Below the pieces are notes generated by a model. That model ran no database searches, was not told the origin of the DNA, and saw only the letters and a program-made list of their open reading frames with translations. Source: a bacterium (lineage in GTDB: Bacteria > UBA8248). From it: DNA of 64,000 nucleotides. The DNA is taken from assembly GCA_965199855.1 (NCBI GenBank), contig OZ241326.1, positions 1,792,001-1,856,000 on the forward strand, given 5' to 3'. Numbering within the stretch: position 1 is the first letter of the stretch; every line of letters begins with the position of its first letter. Shown piece by piece: positions 46,305 through 57,715 of this stretch. Position numbers and translations under genes: made by a program.

Positions 46305-47546
46305 ATGCGGAAAATCCTGATGGTTCTCGCGCGCGGTCTGGCGGACGGGCCGCTGGCGCGTCCGGGCGGCGAAACGCCCCTGCAGAAGGCGCGCGCCCCC
46401 GCGCTGGATCGTCTGGCGGACGCCGGTCTTTCCGGCGTCTGGTCTCCCGGCCCGGACGACGCGCATCCCTCGTTGGACGGGTTTCTGAAAAATTTTTTCG
46501 GGTTTCCCGAAAGCCTCTCGCCCGCCCTGATGCTCGCCGCCGCCGCGGACGCCCTCCCGCGAGAGGGGGAGGCCGTCTTCCGGCTCAATTTCGTCTGCCT
46601 GAAGCCCGGTGCCACGAGCGTCGTCATGCTCGATCCGACGGGCTTCGGCGTCACGGACGGAGAAAGCCGCGAACTCCTCGCCTACCTGGAGCGCCACATG
46701 CCGCCCGATGAGGGGGAGTCGTTCCGCTTCGAGTCTCTGGGCGGCGGCAAGGCTCTCTTCTTCTACCGGGGCGCGCGGCTTTCCCCTGAATCCTTCCGGG
46801 GGTTCTCGCCTCCGCACGCGATCGCCGGAAAGTCCATCGGGGCGCACATGCCGACGGCGAAGGCGGCGCGCCGGTTCGTTCATTTCGTCAACGACTCCCA
46901 GATGGCGCTCTCCACCCACGCGGGATTGAGGGAAAAGGCGCGCGCGCGGATGTTCGCGGCGAACTCCGCCTGGCTCTGGGGCGGCGGCCTCGCCGGGGAG
47001 GCGGCGCGGATTTCGGAAAAGACCGGGGGCAGGGCCGCGGCCTTCGTAACCGACTCGCAACTCGCGAAGGGCTTTGCCAAACTGGGGGGCGCGGATGTAT
47101 ATGAGCCGGGGGAGGAGGCGCGCGCAGCCGCGCGCGAGGCGCTCTCGCGGCGCGACTTCGTTCTGTTCGTCCGGGAGACGGACGAGATGTTCCCGTGGCG
47201 CGAGGCGGAGGAGAAAGTCGAGGCCATCGAGAGATTCGACGCCGCTTTCATGTCGCCCCTGCTGGAAGGACTGGACGAGCCGTGCCGCATCCTGCTGGCG
47301 GGAGACCATGGGTTCAGCGTGGAGTCCCAGGAGTGGTTCGCCGGCCCGGTTCCGTTTGCGATGGCGGACTTCGACGGAGAGAATCTGACGCCGCCCGCGC
47401 CCCCGCGCGGCCTGGCGGGCTTGTGGGAGAGGCTTGGCGGCCGCGGGAAGCGGGACGATTCGGCGGTCGGCTTCTCCGAGACGCTGGAGCGGAGGGGGCG
47501 GGTCCATTCGCTTCAGGCGGTGAAGAAGCGGCTGTTCGGCGGCTAG
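46305..47546 (+). CDS. ApgM-like alkaline-phosphatase-superfamily protein (degenerate)
   Basis: GLAD..GETPL..PALDRLA..G, ANSAWLWGGG, KVEAIERFD, AGDH..PVPF; several catalytic residues altered. Confidence 0.8.
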   Translation: MRKILMVLARGLADGPLARPGGETPLQKARAPALDRLADAGLSGVWSPGPDDAHPSLDGFLKNFFGFPESLSPALMLAAAADALPREGEAVFRLNFVCLKPGATSVVMLDPTGFGVTDGESRELLAYLERHMPPDEGESFRFESLGGGKALFFYRGARLSPESFRGFSPPHAIAGKSIGAHMPTAKAARRFVHFVNDSQMALSTHAGLREKARARMFAANSAWLWGGGLAGEAARISEKTGGRAAAFVTDSQLAKGFAKLGGADVYEPGEEARAAAREALSRRDFVLFVRETDEMFPWREAEEKVEAIERFDAAFMSPLLEGLDEPCRILLAGDHGFSVESQEWFAGPVPFAMADFDGENLTPPAPPRGLAGLWERLGGRGKRDDSAVGFSETLERRGRVHSLQAVKKRLFGG

Positions 47547-47556
47547 CAGGGAAGCG

Positions 47557-48765
47557 ATGGGTCTGCTCGTAAAAAAATTCGGCGGCACCTCGGTGGCCGA
47601 TCTGGAGAGAATCCGCGGGGTGGCGGGGCGGGTAGCGAAGGCGAGAGCCTCCTGGGAGCGCGTCATCGTCGTGGTGAGCGCCATGGCGGGAGAGACCGAC
47701 AAACTGATCGACTTCGCCCATGCGCTCTCGCCCCGGCCGCTGGGGCGGGAGATGGATTTGCTCCTCGCCTCGGGGGAGCGCATAGCGAGTTCGCTTCTGG
47801 CCATCGCCCTCGACGCGGCCGGAATTCCCGCCATCTCCCTCACGGGCGGGCAGGCGGGCATTCTGACGGAGGGGGCGCACACCCGCGCCCGCGTGCGCTC
47901 CATTCGCCCGGAGCGCGTCGTCCGGGAACTCGACCGGGGGAAGGTGGTCGTCGCCGCGGGCTTTCAGGGGGTAGACGAATTCGACGAGGAGACCACGCTG
48001 GGCCGCGGAGGCTCCGACCTCACGGCGGTGGCGCTGGCCGCGGCGCTTGAGGCGGATCGCTGCGAGATTTATACCGACGTGGACGGGGTCTATACGGCGG
48101 ACCCGCGCCTTGTACCCGACGCGAAGCGCCTGGAGCGGATATCCTTCGAGGAGATGATGGAGCTCGCCTCCCTGGGCGCGAAGGTACTGCAGGCGCGCTC
48201 CGTGGACCTGGCGGCGAAGCGCGATCTTCCCCTCGTCGTCCGCTCCGCGTTTGCTGAAGGAGAGGGAACGTTGATCATTCCGGAATCGCCGGGAATCGAG
48301 GCGCCCGCCGTCCGCGGCGTGAGCTGCGACGCGAAGCAGGCGAAGCTCACGGCCAGCGGGGTGCCCGACAGGCCCGGCATCGCCGCCTCCCTGTTCGGCC
48401 AGCTCGCCGAGAAGTCCATCCTCGTGGACATGATCGTTCAGAACGTGAGCGAAAACGGGCTGACCGACATCTCCATCACCGTGAACCGCGACATGGCCGC
48501 GGAGGCCGAGCGCATCATGGAGGAGGCGGACGAGGCGCTGGGCGGCGCCGCCGTCTCCCGGGACGACGACATCGCCAAGGTCTCCGTCGTGGGCGTGGGC
48601 ATGAAGAGCCAGGCCGGCGTGGCCTCGCGCGTCTTCTCCGCCCTGGCGCGAAGCCGGATCAACATCATGATGATCTCCACCTCCGAGATTTCGATATCCG
48701 TCGTCGTCCGCCTGGCGGACGCCGAGAGCGCGGCGCGCGCGCTGCACAAGGAGTTCATCGGGTGA
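47557..48765 (+). CDS. lysC: Aspartate kinase
   Basis: [26 protein letters not shown], two ACT domains. Confidence 0.97.
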   Translation: MGLLVKKFGGTSVADLERIRGVAGRVAKARASWERVIVVVSAMAGETDKLIDFAHALSPRPLGREMDLLLASGERIASSLLAIALDAAGIPAISLTGGQAGILTEGAHTRARVRSIRPERVVRELDRGKVVVAAGFQGVDEFDEETTLGRGGSDLTAVALAAALEADRCEIYTDVDGVYTADPRLVPDAKRLERISFEEMMELASLGAKVLQARSVDLAAKRDLPLVVRSAFAEGEGTLIIPESPGIEAPAVRGVSCDAKQAKLTASGVPDRPGIAASLFGQLAEKSILVDMIVQNVSENGLTDISITVNRDMAAEAERIMEEADEALGGAAVSRDDDIAKVSVVGVGMKSQAGVASRVFSALARSRINIMMISTSEISISVVVRLADAESAARALHKEFIG

Positions 48766-49733
48766 GCGATGCGCCGACGTTTCAGGAAGTCATCATGGGA
48801 CTCGAGCGGTACTGGGCCCGAAAAGGGTGCGTCATCCAGCAGCCCTACGACATCGAGGTGGGCGCGGGCACGATGAACCCGGCCACCTTCCTGCGCTCCC
48901 TGGGCCCCGAACCCTGGAAGGTGGCCTACGTCGAACCCAGCCGAAGGCCCACGGACGGGCGCTACGGCGAGAACCCGAACAGGCTCCAGCATTACTATCA
49001 ATACCAGGTGATCCTGAAGCCCTCGCCCATCGACGTGCAGGATCAGTATCTGGAGAGCCTCGAGAGTCTGGGCATCGACCCGCTGGAGCACGATATCCGC
49101 TTCGTGGAGGACGACTGGGAGTCGCCCAACCTGGGCGCCTGGGGCCTGGGCTGGGAGGTGTGGCTCGACGGGATGGAGGTTACGCAGTTCACGTATTTCC
49201 AGCAGGCCGGCGGGCTGGACCTGGAGCTGATACCTGCGGAGCTGACCTACGGGATCGAGCGCATCGCCATGTATCTGCAGGGGGTGGAAAGCGTGTATGA
49301 CCTCGAGTGGGCGCGGGAGGCGGACGGGACGGCGATTCGATACGCCGACGTGCACCACCAGACCGAGGTGGAGTTCAGCCGCTACAACTTCGATGAGGCG
49401 GACGTCCGGGTCCACTTCGACGTTTTTGACAAATACGAGGCCGAGGGGATGCGCCTCATCGGGAAGGGCCTCACGTTTCCCGCCTATGATCACGCTCTCA
49501 AGTGCTCGCACGCCTTCAACCTCCTGGACGCGCGCGGCGCCATCAGCGTGAGCGAGCGGGCGCGCTACATCGGCAGAATCAGAAAAATGGCGCGCGCGTG
49601 CGCCGAGAGCTATCTGAAATCGCGCTACGAGGCCGGCTTTCCCCTCATCAGGGACGAGGCGGAGCGGGAGAGCCGGCTCGCCCTCCACGCCGCGCGATAC
49701 GGCGCGGCCGAGGCGAAGCAGGGCGCGGGCTAG
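48762..49733 (+). CDS. glyQ: Glycine--tRNA ligase alpha subunit
   Basis: [39 protein letters not shown]. Confidence 0.99.
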   Translation: MSDAPTFQEVIMGLERYWARKGCVIQQPYDIEVGAGTMNPATFLRSLGPEPWKVAYVEPSRRPTDGRYGENPNRLQHYYQYQVILKPSPIDVQDQYLESLESLGIDPLEHDIRFVEDDWESPNLGAWGLGWEVWLDGMEVTQFTYFQQAGGLDLELIPAELTYGIERIAMYLQGVESVYDLEWAREADGTAIRYADVHHQTEVEFSRYNFDEADVRVHFDVFDKYEAEGMRLIGKGLTFPAYDHALKCSHAFNLLDARGAISVSERARYIGRIRKMARACAESYLKSRYEAGFPLIRDEAERESRLALHAARYGAAEAKQGAG

Positions 49734-49745
49734 GGGGCCTCAGGC

Positions 49746-51941
49746 GTGGGCGAAGAACTTCTTTTTGAGGTCGGAACCGAGGAGATTCCCTCCACCTACA
49801 TGCCGGGGATGCTCGCCGCGCTGAAGGAGCGGGCGGAGGCGGCACTTGCCGAGGCGCGCCTCGATTTCGAGGGGCTGGAGACGTTCGGAACGCCCCGAAG
49901 GCTCGTCCTGCGCGTGGCGGCGCTGGCGGAGCGCCAGAAGCCGCTTCGGGAGGAAATTCTCGGGCCTCCCGTCAAAAACGCATTCGACGAGGCCGGCAAT
50001 CCGACCAGGGCGGCTTTGGGCTTCGCCAGAACGAACGGGGCGGAGGTGTCCGATCTCAAGCGGGTGGACGCGCCCAAGGGCGCGCGCCTCATGTATTTCC
50101 GGGAAGAAGCCGGCGAGGACGCCAGAGCCGTCCTGGGGCCTTTGCTGACGAGGCTCATCCGGGAGTTGCCGTCTCCCAAGTCCATGCGCTGGGGCGCCGG
50201 GGAATTCGCCTTCGTCCGGCCCGTGCAGTGGATTCTGGCGCTCTACGGACAAGAGGGCGTCAAGGGCCCCGCGCCGGATGCGGACGCATCGCTCCCCGCT
50301 TTTGGATCGGCCACTTTCGGGCGCAGGTTCTGCGAGAACAAAGAATTTTATATCAATGGTTTCAAGGAATACCTTCATGCGTTGCGTGAGAATAACGTGG
50401 AGCCCCTCGTAGATGACGGCGCAGGCGGAGGACGCATCCCCATGGTGCGCGGGGGCGTCCTCGAGGCGGCGGCGGCCAGGGGCGGCGAACCGGCGGCCGA
50501 CGCGGAGGGCGTGGAGCGTCTGGTGGAGAAGGTGGCGCACCTGGTCGAGTGGCCCTTTCCGGTGGCGTGCGGGTTCGACGAGAAATTTCTGGATCTGCCG
50601 CGCGAGGTCATCATCTCCACCCTGGAGGCGCACCAGAGGTGCTTCGCCCTGAAAGAGAAGGGGGGCGAGCGGCTCATTCCCTTCTTCGTCGGGGTGAGCA
50701 ACACGCGCGCCAGGGACATGGACGTGGTGCGGAAAGGCTACGAGCGCGTCGTGCGCGCGAGGCTGGAGGACGCGGAATTCTACTGGCGGCAGGACCTCAA
50801 AACCCCCCTCGCCGACATGGCGGAGTCCCTCAAGGGCGTCGTCTATCACCCGAAGCTGGGAACGAGCCGGGACAAGGTGGAGCGCTTCCGACGCCTGGGC
50901 GCCTGGCTGTGCGCGAGGCTCGCGCCGGGCGATGACGCGCTGGCCGAGACCGTGGACGAGGCGGCCTCTCTTTGCAAGGCGGATTTGTGCAGCGGCATGG
51001 TCTATGAATTTCCCGATCTTCAGGGCGTCATGGGCCGGCGCTACGCCGAGCGCGAGGGAAGGGACGAAGCGGTCTCTCGCGCCATTTATGAGCACTACCT
51101 CCCCCGGGGCGAAGGAGACGCCCTGCCGGAAGGACGCGCGGGCGCCATCGTGGGCCTGGCCGACAGGATGGACACCATCGCGGGCATGGTGGGGCTGGGC
51201 TACCTGCCCAGCGGCTCGGAGGATCCCTACGCGCTCAGGCGCGCGGCCAACGCGATTCTGCTCATCCTGGAGGACAAGGGTTTCAGAATCTCCCTGCCCG
51301 AATGGATTGAAGAAGCGGCGGAACCGCTGAAGGAGAGGTTCGGGGGCGACGCCGGGGCGCTGGAGAGAATTTCGGGATTTCTGCGCAGCCGCGTCTCCGC
51401 CCACCTCTCCCGCGGCGGCGCGCGCGGCGATCTGGTGGAGGCCGCGCTCGCGGCGGGCGGCGACTCCGGCTGGCACGACGTGCCGGACGCGAGAGCGCGG
51501 CTGCGGGCGCTGGAGCGGCTGGCGTCGAACGAGGAGACCTTCGAGCCGCTCGCGACGACCTTCAAGCGGGTGAGCAACATCATCCGCCAGGCGAAGGGGA
51601 AGGGGGCGCGCCGTCCGGCGGCGCGGGTGAACGCGGAACTTCTCGCGGATGGCGCCGAGAGCAGGCTGAACGAATCCCTGGGCGCGGTCTCGGGCGCCGT
51701 GAAGGAAGCGCTGGCGAACATCCGGGAGGCGGACGCCGCCTCCCTGGCGGAGGCGTATGTTTCGGCTACGGCCTCCATTGCGGAAATCCGCCCCGTGGTG
51801 GATGATTTTTTCGACGAGGTGATGGTGATGGCCGAGGACGCCGGCCTGCGCGAAAACCGGCTCGCGCTGCTGGGCGGCGTGGGCGCGCTGTTTTCGGTGA
51901 TCGCCGATTTTACGAAAATTCGGGGCGGGGCGTCGAAGTAG
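49746..51941 (+). CDS. glyS: Glycine--tRNA ligase beta subunit
   Basis: LFEVGTEEIP, TPRRL, KSMRWG, EFPDLQGVMG, DPYALRR, ENRLALL. Confidence 0.97.
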   Translation: MGEELLFEVGTEEIPSTYMPGMLAALKERAEAALAEARLDFEGLETFGTPRRLVLRVAALAERQKPLREEILGPPVKNAFDEAGNPTRAALGFARTNGAEVSDLKRVDAPKGARLMYFREEAGEDARAVLGPLLTRLIRELPSPKSMRWGAGEFAFVRPVQWILALYGQEGVKGPAPDADASLPAFGSATFGRRFCENKEFYINGFKEYLHALRENNVEPLVDDGAGGGRIPMVRGGVLEAAAARGGEPAADAEGVERLVEKVAHLVEWPFPVACGFDEKFLDLPREVIISTLEAHQRCFALKEKGGERLIPFFVGVSNTRARDMDVVRKGYERVVRARLEDAEFYWRQDLKTPLADMAESLKGVVYHPKLGTSRDKVERFRRLGAWLCARLAPGDDALAETVDEAASLCKADLCSGMVYEFPDLQGVMGRRYAEREGRDEAVSRAIYEHYLPRGEGDALPEGRAGAIVGLADRMDTIAGMVGLGYLPSGSEDPYALRRAANAILLILEDKGFRISLPEWIEEAAEPLKERFGGDAGALERISGFLRSRVSAHLSRGGARGDLVEAALAAGGDSGWHDVPDARARLRALERLASNEETFEPLATTFKRVSNIIRQAKGKGARRPAARVNAELLADGAESRLNESLGAVSGAVKEALANIREADAASLAEAYVSATASIAEIRPVVDDFFDEVMVMAEDAGLRENRLALLGGVGALFSVIADFTKIRGGASK

Positions 51942-52010
51942 CCGGGGCGGGCTTCGAGCCGGCTGGACTCTTTGTTTCATGCGCGCGGACGGCGCGGGAG
52001 GATGCGGGCG

Positions 52011-54659
52011 ATGGCGGAGAAGATGATTTATTCCTTTGGCACCGGCCGGACGGACGGCAGCGCCGACATGCGCGAATTGCTGGGCGGCAAGGGCGCGAAT
52101 CTCGCGGAGATGGCGAGCCTGGGCATCCCCGTCCCGCCCGGCTTCACCATCACCACGAGGGTCTGCGTCGATTACCTGAAGAAAAATGAGTTTCCCGAGG
52201 GTCTCTGGGAGGACGTGAAGGAGCAGATGGCGCGCCTGGAAAGCGCCATGGAGGCGCGCTTCGGCGGCGATGAGAACCCGCTTCTGGTGAGCGTGCGCTC
52301 GGGGGCGCGCGATTCCATGCCGGGCATGATGGATACGGTGCTGAACCTGGGGATGAACGACGCGACGGTCGCCGCCTTGGAGAGGAAATCGGGCAATCGC
52401 CGCTTCGCCTACGACAGCTACCGCCGCTTCATCAATATGTTCGGCAACGTGGTTCTGGAGATGGAGCACCACGATTTCGAGGCCAGAATCGAGGCGATGA
52501 AGCAGCGCAAGGGCGCCTCGTCGGATCTGGAGCTGACGGCGGAGGACATGGCGGAGCTGGCGGAGGAATACGCCGCCCTCGTGAAGGAGAAAACGGGCGC
52601 GGGCTTCCCCCAGGACCCCTACGAGCAGCTGCGTCTCGCCATCGAGGCGGTGTTCAGGTCCTGGAACAACGATCGCGCCATCACCTACCGCAGGCTCTAC
52701 CACATTCCCCACGAGTGGGGCACCGCCGTGAACGTGCAGTGCATGGTCTATGGCAACATGGGCGAGGACTGCGGCACGGGCGTCGCCTTCTCGCGCGATC
52801 CCGCCACCGGCGAGAACGCGCTCTACGGCGAGATTCTCTTCGACGCCCAGGGCGAGGACGTGGTGGCGGGCATCAGAACGCCCGAACCCATCGCGAAACT
52901 CAGGGAGAAGATGCCCGAGTGCTACGCCGAATTCGAGGAAATCGCCGAGAAGCTGGAAGCCCACTACAAGGACATGCAGGACATGGAGTTCACCATTCAG
53001 AACCGGCGCCTCTTCATGCTCCAGACGAGGAACGGCAAGCGCGCGGCGCAGGCCGCGGTGCGAATCGCCGTCGAGCTCGTGGGCGAGGGCGTGCTGGACA
53101 GGCGAAGCGCCGTGAAGATGGTGGACCCCGACAGCCTGGATCAGCTGCTCCACCCCATGATCGACGCCGAGCAGGAGCTGCGCGTGGCGGCCACGGGACT
53201 GGCCGCCTCGCCCGGCGCCGCCGTGGGCCGGGTGGCGTTCACCGCCGCGGAGGCGGTGGAGCGGGCCGAGGCGGGCGAGCCCGTCATTCTGGTTCGCCAG
53301 GAGACGAGTCCCGAGGACATCAACGGGATGAACGTCTCCCAGGGCATCCTCACGGCGCGGGGCGGGCTGACCTCGCACGCGGCCGTCGTGGCGCGGCAGA
53401 TGGGCAAGTGCTGCGTCACGGGCTGCGCCGCCCTGGACGTGCGGGCGGACGAGAAAATCATTCGCGTAGGCGGCGAGACGATAGCCGGGGGCGACTTCAT
53501 CTCGCTGAACGGCAACTCCGGCGAGGTGATTCTGGGCGAGGCGAAGCTCAGACAGCCCGAGCTCCTGGGGGACTTCGCCACCCTGATGGAGTGGGCGGAC
53601 GAGTTCAGGACGCTGGGCGTCCGCGCGAACGCCGACACGGTGACGGACAGCGAGGCGGCGCTCAAGTTCGGCTGCGAGGGAATCGGCCTGTGCCGCACGG
53701 AGCACATGTTCTTCGAGGGGGAGCGCATCGACTACGTGCGCGCCATGATTCTCGCCGCCACGGAGGAGGCGCGGCGCGACGCGCTTTCCCATCTTCTGCC
53801 CATGCAGCGCGAGGACTTCATCGCCATCTTCGAGGTGATGCGGGAAAGACCCGTGACGATCAGGCTGCTGGATCCGCCGCTGCACGAGTTTCTGCCCAAG
53901 ACCAGGGAGGACATGGAGCAGGTGGCCAAAGTGCTGGGGGTGAGCTTCGAGACGGTGCGCCACGCCACCGAGGCGACCGAGGAGCAGAACCCGATGCTGG
54001 GCCACCGCGGCTGCCGTCTGGCGGTCACGTATCCCGAAATCGCCGAAATGCAGGTGCGCGCCATCATCGAGGCGGCCTGCGAGATGAAGTCGAGGGGCGT
54101 GGAGGTGCTGCCTGAAATCATGATCCCTCTCACGTCGGGCGTGGGCGAATGGGAGTTCAACCGCGACATCGCGCGCAAAATCGCCCGGCAGGTGATCGAG
54201 GAGAAGGGAATCGCCCCCCGTCATCTCACGGGAACGATGATCGAGGTTCCCCGCGCCTGCTTCCTGGCGGGGGAAATCGCCGACAGCGCGGAGTTCTTCA
54301 GCTTCGGCACGAACGATCTCACGCAGCTCACCTACGGCCTGAGCCGGGACGACGCGGGTTATTTCCTGCCCGAGTACATCGAGAAAAACCTGATCTCCCG
54401 GGATCCGTTCGTGGCCGTCGATCGCGAGGGCGTGGGCGAGATGGTGCGTATCGGCATCGAGCGCGGCCGCGCGAAGCGGGAGAATCTCGAAGTGGGCATC
54501 TGCGGGGAGCACGGCGGAGAGCCCACGTCGGTCGAATTCTGCCACCTGATGAAGATGGACTACGTCTCCTGCGCGCCCTATCGCGCGCCGATAGCGCGGC
54601 TCGCCGCCGCCCAGGCGGCGATAGCGCACGGCTCATACCAGACGGTCGAAATCGGCTGA
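52011..54659 (+). CDS. ppdK: Pyruvate, phosphate dikinase
   Basis: GGKGANL, SVRSGA, TSHAAVVAR, GLCRTEHM, SFGTNDL, CGEHGG. Confidence 0.98.
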   Translation: MAEKMIYSFGTGRTDGSADMRELLGGKGANLAEMASLGIPVPPGFTITTRVCVDYLKKNEFPEGLWEDVKEQMARLESAMEARFGGDENPLLVSVRSGARDSMPGMMDTVLNLGMNDATVAALERKSGNRRFAYDSYRRFINMFGNVVLEMEHHDFEARIEAMKQRKGASSDLELTAEDMAELAEEYAALVKEKTGAGFPQDPYEQLRLAIEAVFRSWNNDRAITYRRLYHIPHEWGTAVNVQCMVYGNMGEDCGTGVAFSRDPATGENALYGEILFDAQGEDVVAGIRTPEPIAKLREKMPECYAEFEEIAEKLEAHYKDMQDMEFTIQNRRLFMLQTRNGKRAAQAAVRIAVELVGEGVLDRRSAVKMVDPDSLDQLLHPMIDAEQELRVAATGLAASPGAAVGRVAFTAAEAVERAEAGEPVILVRQETSPEDINGMNVSQGILTARGGLTSHAAVVARQMGKCCVTGCAALDVRADEKIIRVGGETIAGGDFISLNGNSGEVILGEAKLRQPELLGDFATLMEWADEFRTLGVRANADTVTDSEAALKFGCEGIGLCRTEHMFFEGERIDYVRAMILAATEEARRDALSHLLPMQREDFIAIFEVMRERPVTIRLLDPPLHEFLPKTREDMEQVAKVLGVSFETVRHATEATEEQNPMLGHRGCRLAVTYPEIAEMQVRAIIEAACEMKSRGVEVLPEIMIPLTSGVGEWEFNRDIARKIARQVIEEKGIAPRHLTGTMIEVPRACFLAGEIADSAEFFSFGTNDLTQLTYGLSRDDAGYFLPEYIEKNLISRDPFVAVDREGVGEMVRIGIERGRAKRENLEVGICGEHGGEPTSVEFCHLMKMDYVSCAPYRAPIARLAAAQAAIAHGSYQTVEIG

Positions 54660-54675
54660 GCGGGGCTTTCCTCCG

Positions 54676-55833
54676 ATGGTTCGCCTCTCCGCCGCCCGGA
54701 AAGCCGAACTGATGGCCGAGGCGCTTTCCCTGGCGGGGCGCGCGGAGGGCCAAACGAGTCCCAACCCGCTCGTCGGCGCCATCGTTCTCGACTCCGCTGG
54801 AGAAGCGGCGGGCCGGGGCTGGCACCGCAGGGCGGGGGAGCCGCACGCCGAGGCGCTGGCTCTTGAGGAAGCGGGCGGCCGCGCGCGCGGCGGGGCCTTG
54901 ATCGTCACCCTGGAGCCCTGCTCCCATCAGGGCAGAACGCCCCCGTGCGCGCCTTTTGTCGTGGACGCGGGCGTTTCTTTCGTCGTCGCCGCCGTCCGGG
55001 ACCCGAATCCCCAGGTGGCCGGGAGCGGCTTCGCGCATCTGCGCGCGCATGGCGTGGAGGTGGAAGTCGGCGTCATGGCCGAGGAGGCGGCGCGGCAAAA
55101 CGAAGCCTATTTTCACTGGTGGAAGCGCGGCAGGCCCCTGCTCACGCTGAAGGCCGCCGCGAGCCTGGACGGAAAAATCGCCACCCGAAGCGGGCAGAGC
55201 AGGTGGATAACGGGCGAGGCGGCGCGAAACGCCGGACATCACTACAGAAACAAAGCGGACGCCGTTCTGGTGGGCGTCGGGACGGTGCTGGCGGACGATC
55301 CCCTGCTTACGGCGCGTCCCGACGGCGCCCCAGGCAAGCCCTTGACGCGGGTCGTCCTCGACTCAAAATTGAGGACGACCCCGAACGCGCGGATTCTGGC
55401 ATCCGGGCGGGGGGATTCGACCATCATCGCGGCGGCGAAATCCGCGCCTGCGGCCAGGGAGGAAGCCCTGCGCGAGGCGGGGGCGGAAGTCATCCGGACG
55501 GAGGCGGACCCCAGAGGCCGGGTGTCGCTCGCGCCGCTGTTGCGGGTTTTGGGGAAGCGCGGCGTTCGTCATATCCTCGTCGAGGGCGGCGGGCGGACTC
55601 ACGGCTCCCTCATTCGGGAGGGGCTGGCGGATCGGTTGCTGTATTTCATCGCGCCGCTGGTGGTGGGGGACGGGCGGGCGCCGGACGCGATCTACGGACT
55701 CGCCGAGCCGGCGTTGCAATCGCTGCCCCGATTATCTAACGTAACACATGAAGTTATAGGCGATGATATATTGATTCAGGGATATTTCAAAAAACCGGTA
55801 TGGGAAGACGTCGGGGGCGGGAGCGGTGTTTAG
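54676..55833 (+). CDS. ribD: Riboflavin biosynthesis deaminase/reductase
   Basis: PNPLVG, PHAE, TLEPC..TPPC, SLDGKIA, VEGG. Confidence 0.97.
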   Translation: MVRLSAARKAELMAEALSLAGRAEGQTSPNPLVGAIVLDSAGEAAGRGWHRRAGEPHAEALALEEAGGRARGGALIVTLEPCSHQGRTPPCAPFVVDAGVSFVVAAVRDPNPQVAGSGFAHLRAHGVEVEVGVMAEEAARQNEAYFHWWKRGRPLLTLKAAASLDGKIATRSGQSRWITGEAARNAGHHYRNKADAVLVGVGTVLADDPLLTARPDGAPGKPLTRVVLDSKLRTTPNARILASGRGDSTIIAAAKSAPAAREEALREAGAEVIRTEADPRGRVSLAPLLRVLGKRGVRHILVEGGGRTHGSLIREGLADRLLYFIAPLVVGDGRAPDAIYGLAEPALQSLPRLSNVTHEVIGDDILIQGYFKKPVWEDVGGGSGV

Positions 55834-56476
55834 CGGAATCATCGAGGCCGTCGGGACGATTCGCGCCTTGAGAAAAGACGCCGGGGGAGCGCGAGTCGCC
55901 GTCGAGGCGGCGGACGTTCTGGACGGCGCGAAGATGGGCGATTCCATCGCGCTCAACGGCGTCTGCGTCACGGTGGTCGGTTTCGACGACAAAGCGTTCG
56001 AGGCCGATTTGTCCATCGAGACGCTGAGGCGCACGAATCTGGGCGAATTGGCCGTGGGCGACGGTTGCAACCTGGAGCGCGCCATGGCGCTGGGCGAGCG
56101 CCTCGGCGGGCACCTCGTGAGCGGCCACGTGGACGGCGTGGGCCGGATCAGAAGCAGGAAAAGCGAGGGAGACTCCATCTGGCTCACCATCGAGGCGCCG
56201 GTGGAGGTGATGCGCTATGTCGTCTATAAAGGATCTGTCGCGGTGGACGGCATCAGCCTCACGGTGGCCGCGCGCGGAGAGGAGACCTTTTCCGTCTCCA
56301 TCATCCCGCATACGAGCGAGCAGACGACGCTCACGCGGAAGAAGGACGGCGCGCGCGTGAATCTGGAGGCGGATCTGATCGGAAAATACGTGGAGAAGCT
56401 GCTTGCTCCCCATGCGGCCGCCGGAAAGCGGGAGGGCCTCACAGTGGAGAAGCTCAAGGAGCAGGGCTATGCCTGA
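55826..56476 (+). CDS. ribE: Riboflavin synthase
   Basis: MFSGII, GDSIALNGVC, GGHLVSGHVD, KGSVAVDGISLT. Confidence 0.97.
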   Translation: MFSGIIEAVGTIRALRKDAGGARVAVEAADVLDGAKMGDSIALNGVCVTVVGFDDKAFEADLSIETLRRTNLGELAVGDGCNLERAMALGERLGGHLVSGHVDGVGRIRSRKSEGDSIWLTIEAPVEVMRYVVYKGSVAVDGISLTVAARGEETFSVSIIPHTSEQTTLTRKKDGARVNLEADLIGKYVEKLLAPHAAAGKREGLTVEKLKEQGYA

Positions 56477-57698
56477 GCCGGGAGAGGGAAGGGACGCGCG
56501 GGAGCGTCCCTTCGCCACGATCGAGGAGGCGATCGGCGATATCCGGGAAGGGCGCATCGTCGTTCTCGTGGACGATGAGGATCGCGAGAACGAGGGCGAC
56601 TTCATTCTGGCGGCCGAGAGGGTGACGCCCGAGGCCGTCAACTTCATGACGAAATACGCGCGCGGTCTGGTCTGCCTCGCGCTCACGCCCGAGAAGGTGG
56701 AATCCCTGGGTCTGCCCATGATGGTGCCCAGCGGCCAGAACGGCTCGGTTTTCGGGACGGCGTTTACGGTTTCCATCGAGGCGCGCGAGGGCGTCACGAC
56801 GGGCATCAGCGCCTTCGACAGGTCCCGCACCATCCAGACCGCGATACAGGAGGACGCGCGGCCATCGGACCTGGTGACGCCCGGCCACGTTTTTCCGCTG
56901 CGCGCGCAGCCGGGGGGCGTGCTCAGGCGGGCGGGCCACACGGAGGGCGCGGCGGACCTGGCGCGGCTGGCCGGGCTTCAGCCCGCGGGCGTTCTTTGCG
57001 AGGTGCTGAACGAGGACGGCTCGATGGCGCGCCTTCCCGCGCTGAGAAAGATAGCCGAGAAGAACAATCTCTCCCTGGCGACCATCAAGGATCTCATCGC
57101 CTACCGGATGCGGCACGACCGTCTCGTGGAGCGCGTGGAGGAGGCCGAGCTGCCGACGCCCTACGGCGTGTTCAGGGCCTATGCGTATCGCAACCAGAGC
57201 AGCGGGAGGATTCACGCCGCCCTGGTGATGGGGGAGCCGGACCCGGAGGAGCCCACCTGCATCCGGGTGCAGCCGGTGAACGCCATTTGGGATTTGCTCG
57301 CGCTCTTGCGCTCCGATTGCCCGGACAGGATCAAGAGCGCGCTCGCCAGGATTCAGGAGGCAGGCAAGGGGGCGCTGGTGTTTCTGCAGCCCGACTCGAT
57401 GGGCGAGGAATCCTTCAGGAAGGAGAGCGCCGCCGCCCCGCTCGACGCCGGCGAGAAGATCGGCGTCAGGAGCTCGCCGTTCGAAGAATTGCGCGACTAC
57501 GGCATCGGCGCGCAGATTCTGGTGGATCTCGGCCTGCGGCGGATTCGCATCATGACGAACGACGAGCGCAGAATCGTGGCGCTCGAAGGCTACGGCCTCG
57601 AACTGGAGGACAGGGTGGCGGTGGACGCGGAGCCGCCGCTGCCGTCCCTGCGAAAGACGCGGAAGGGCGGCAGGGAATCGTATCTGCAGCGTCCCTGA
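56469..57698 (+). CDS. ribB: DHBP synthase fused to a degenerate GTP cyclohydrolase II domain (RibBX-type)
   Basis: [27 protein letters not shown] intact; GCHII Zn-Cys motif replaced (IRVQPVN). Confidence 0.9.
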   Translation: MPEPGEGRDARERPFATIEEAIGDIREGRIVVLVDDEDRENEGDFILAAERVTPEAVNFMTKYARGLVCLALTPEKVESLGLPMMVPSGQNGSVFGTAFTVSIEAREGVTTGISAFDRSRTIQTAIQEDARPSDLVTPGHVFPLRAQPGGVLRRAGHTEGAADLARLAGLQPAGVLCEVLNEDGSMARLPALRKIAEKNNLSLATIKDLIAYRMRHDRLVERVEEAELPTPYGVFRAYAYRNQSSGRIHAALVMGEPDPEEPTCIRVQPVNAIWDLLALLRSDCPDRIKSALARIQEAGKGALVFLQPDSMGEESFRKESAAAPLDAGEKIGVRSSPFEELRDYGIGAQILVDLGLRRIRIMTNDERRIVALEGYGLELEDRVAVDAEPPLPSLRKTRKGGRESYLQRP

Positions 57699-57715
57699 AC
57701 GCGGATGGAGAGGAA

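Noticed and set aside
49740-54629. Very long antisense ORFs (1629 aa here; also 35992-39138, 39278-42502, 3824-6055, 17632-19908)
   Set aside because: Shadow frames of high-GC genes, lying opposite clearly identified proteins
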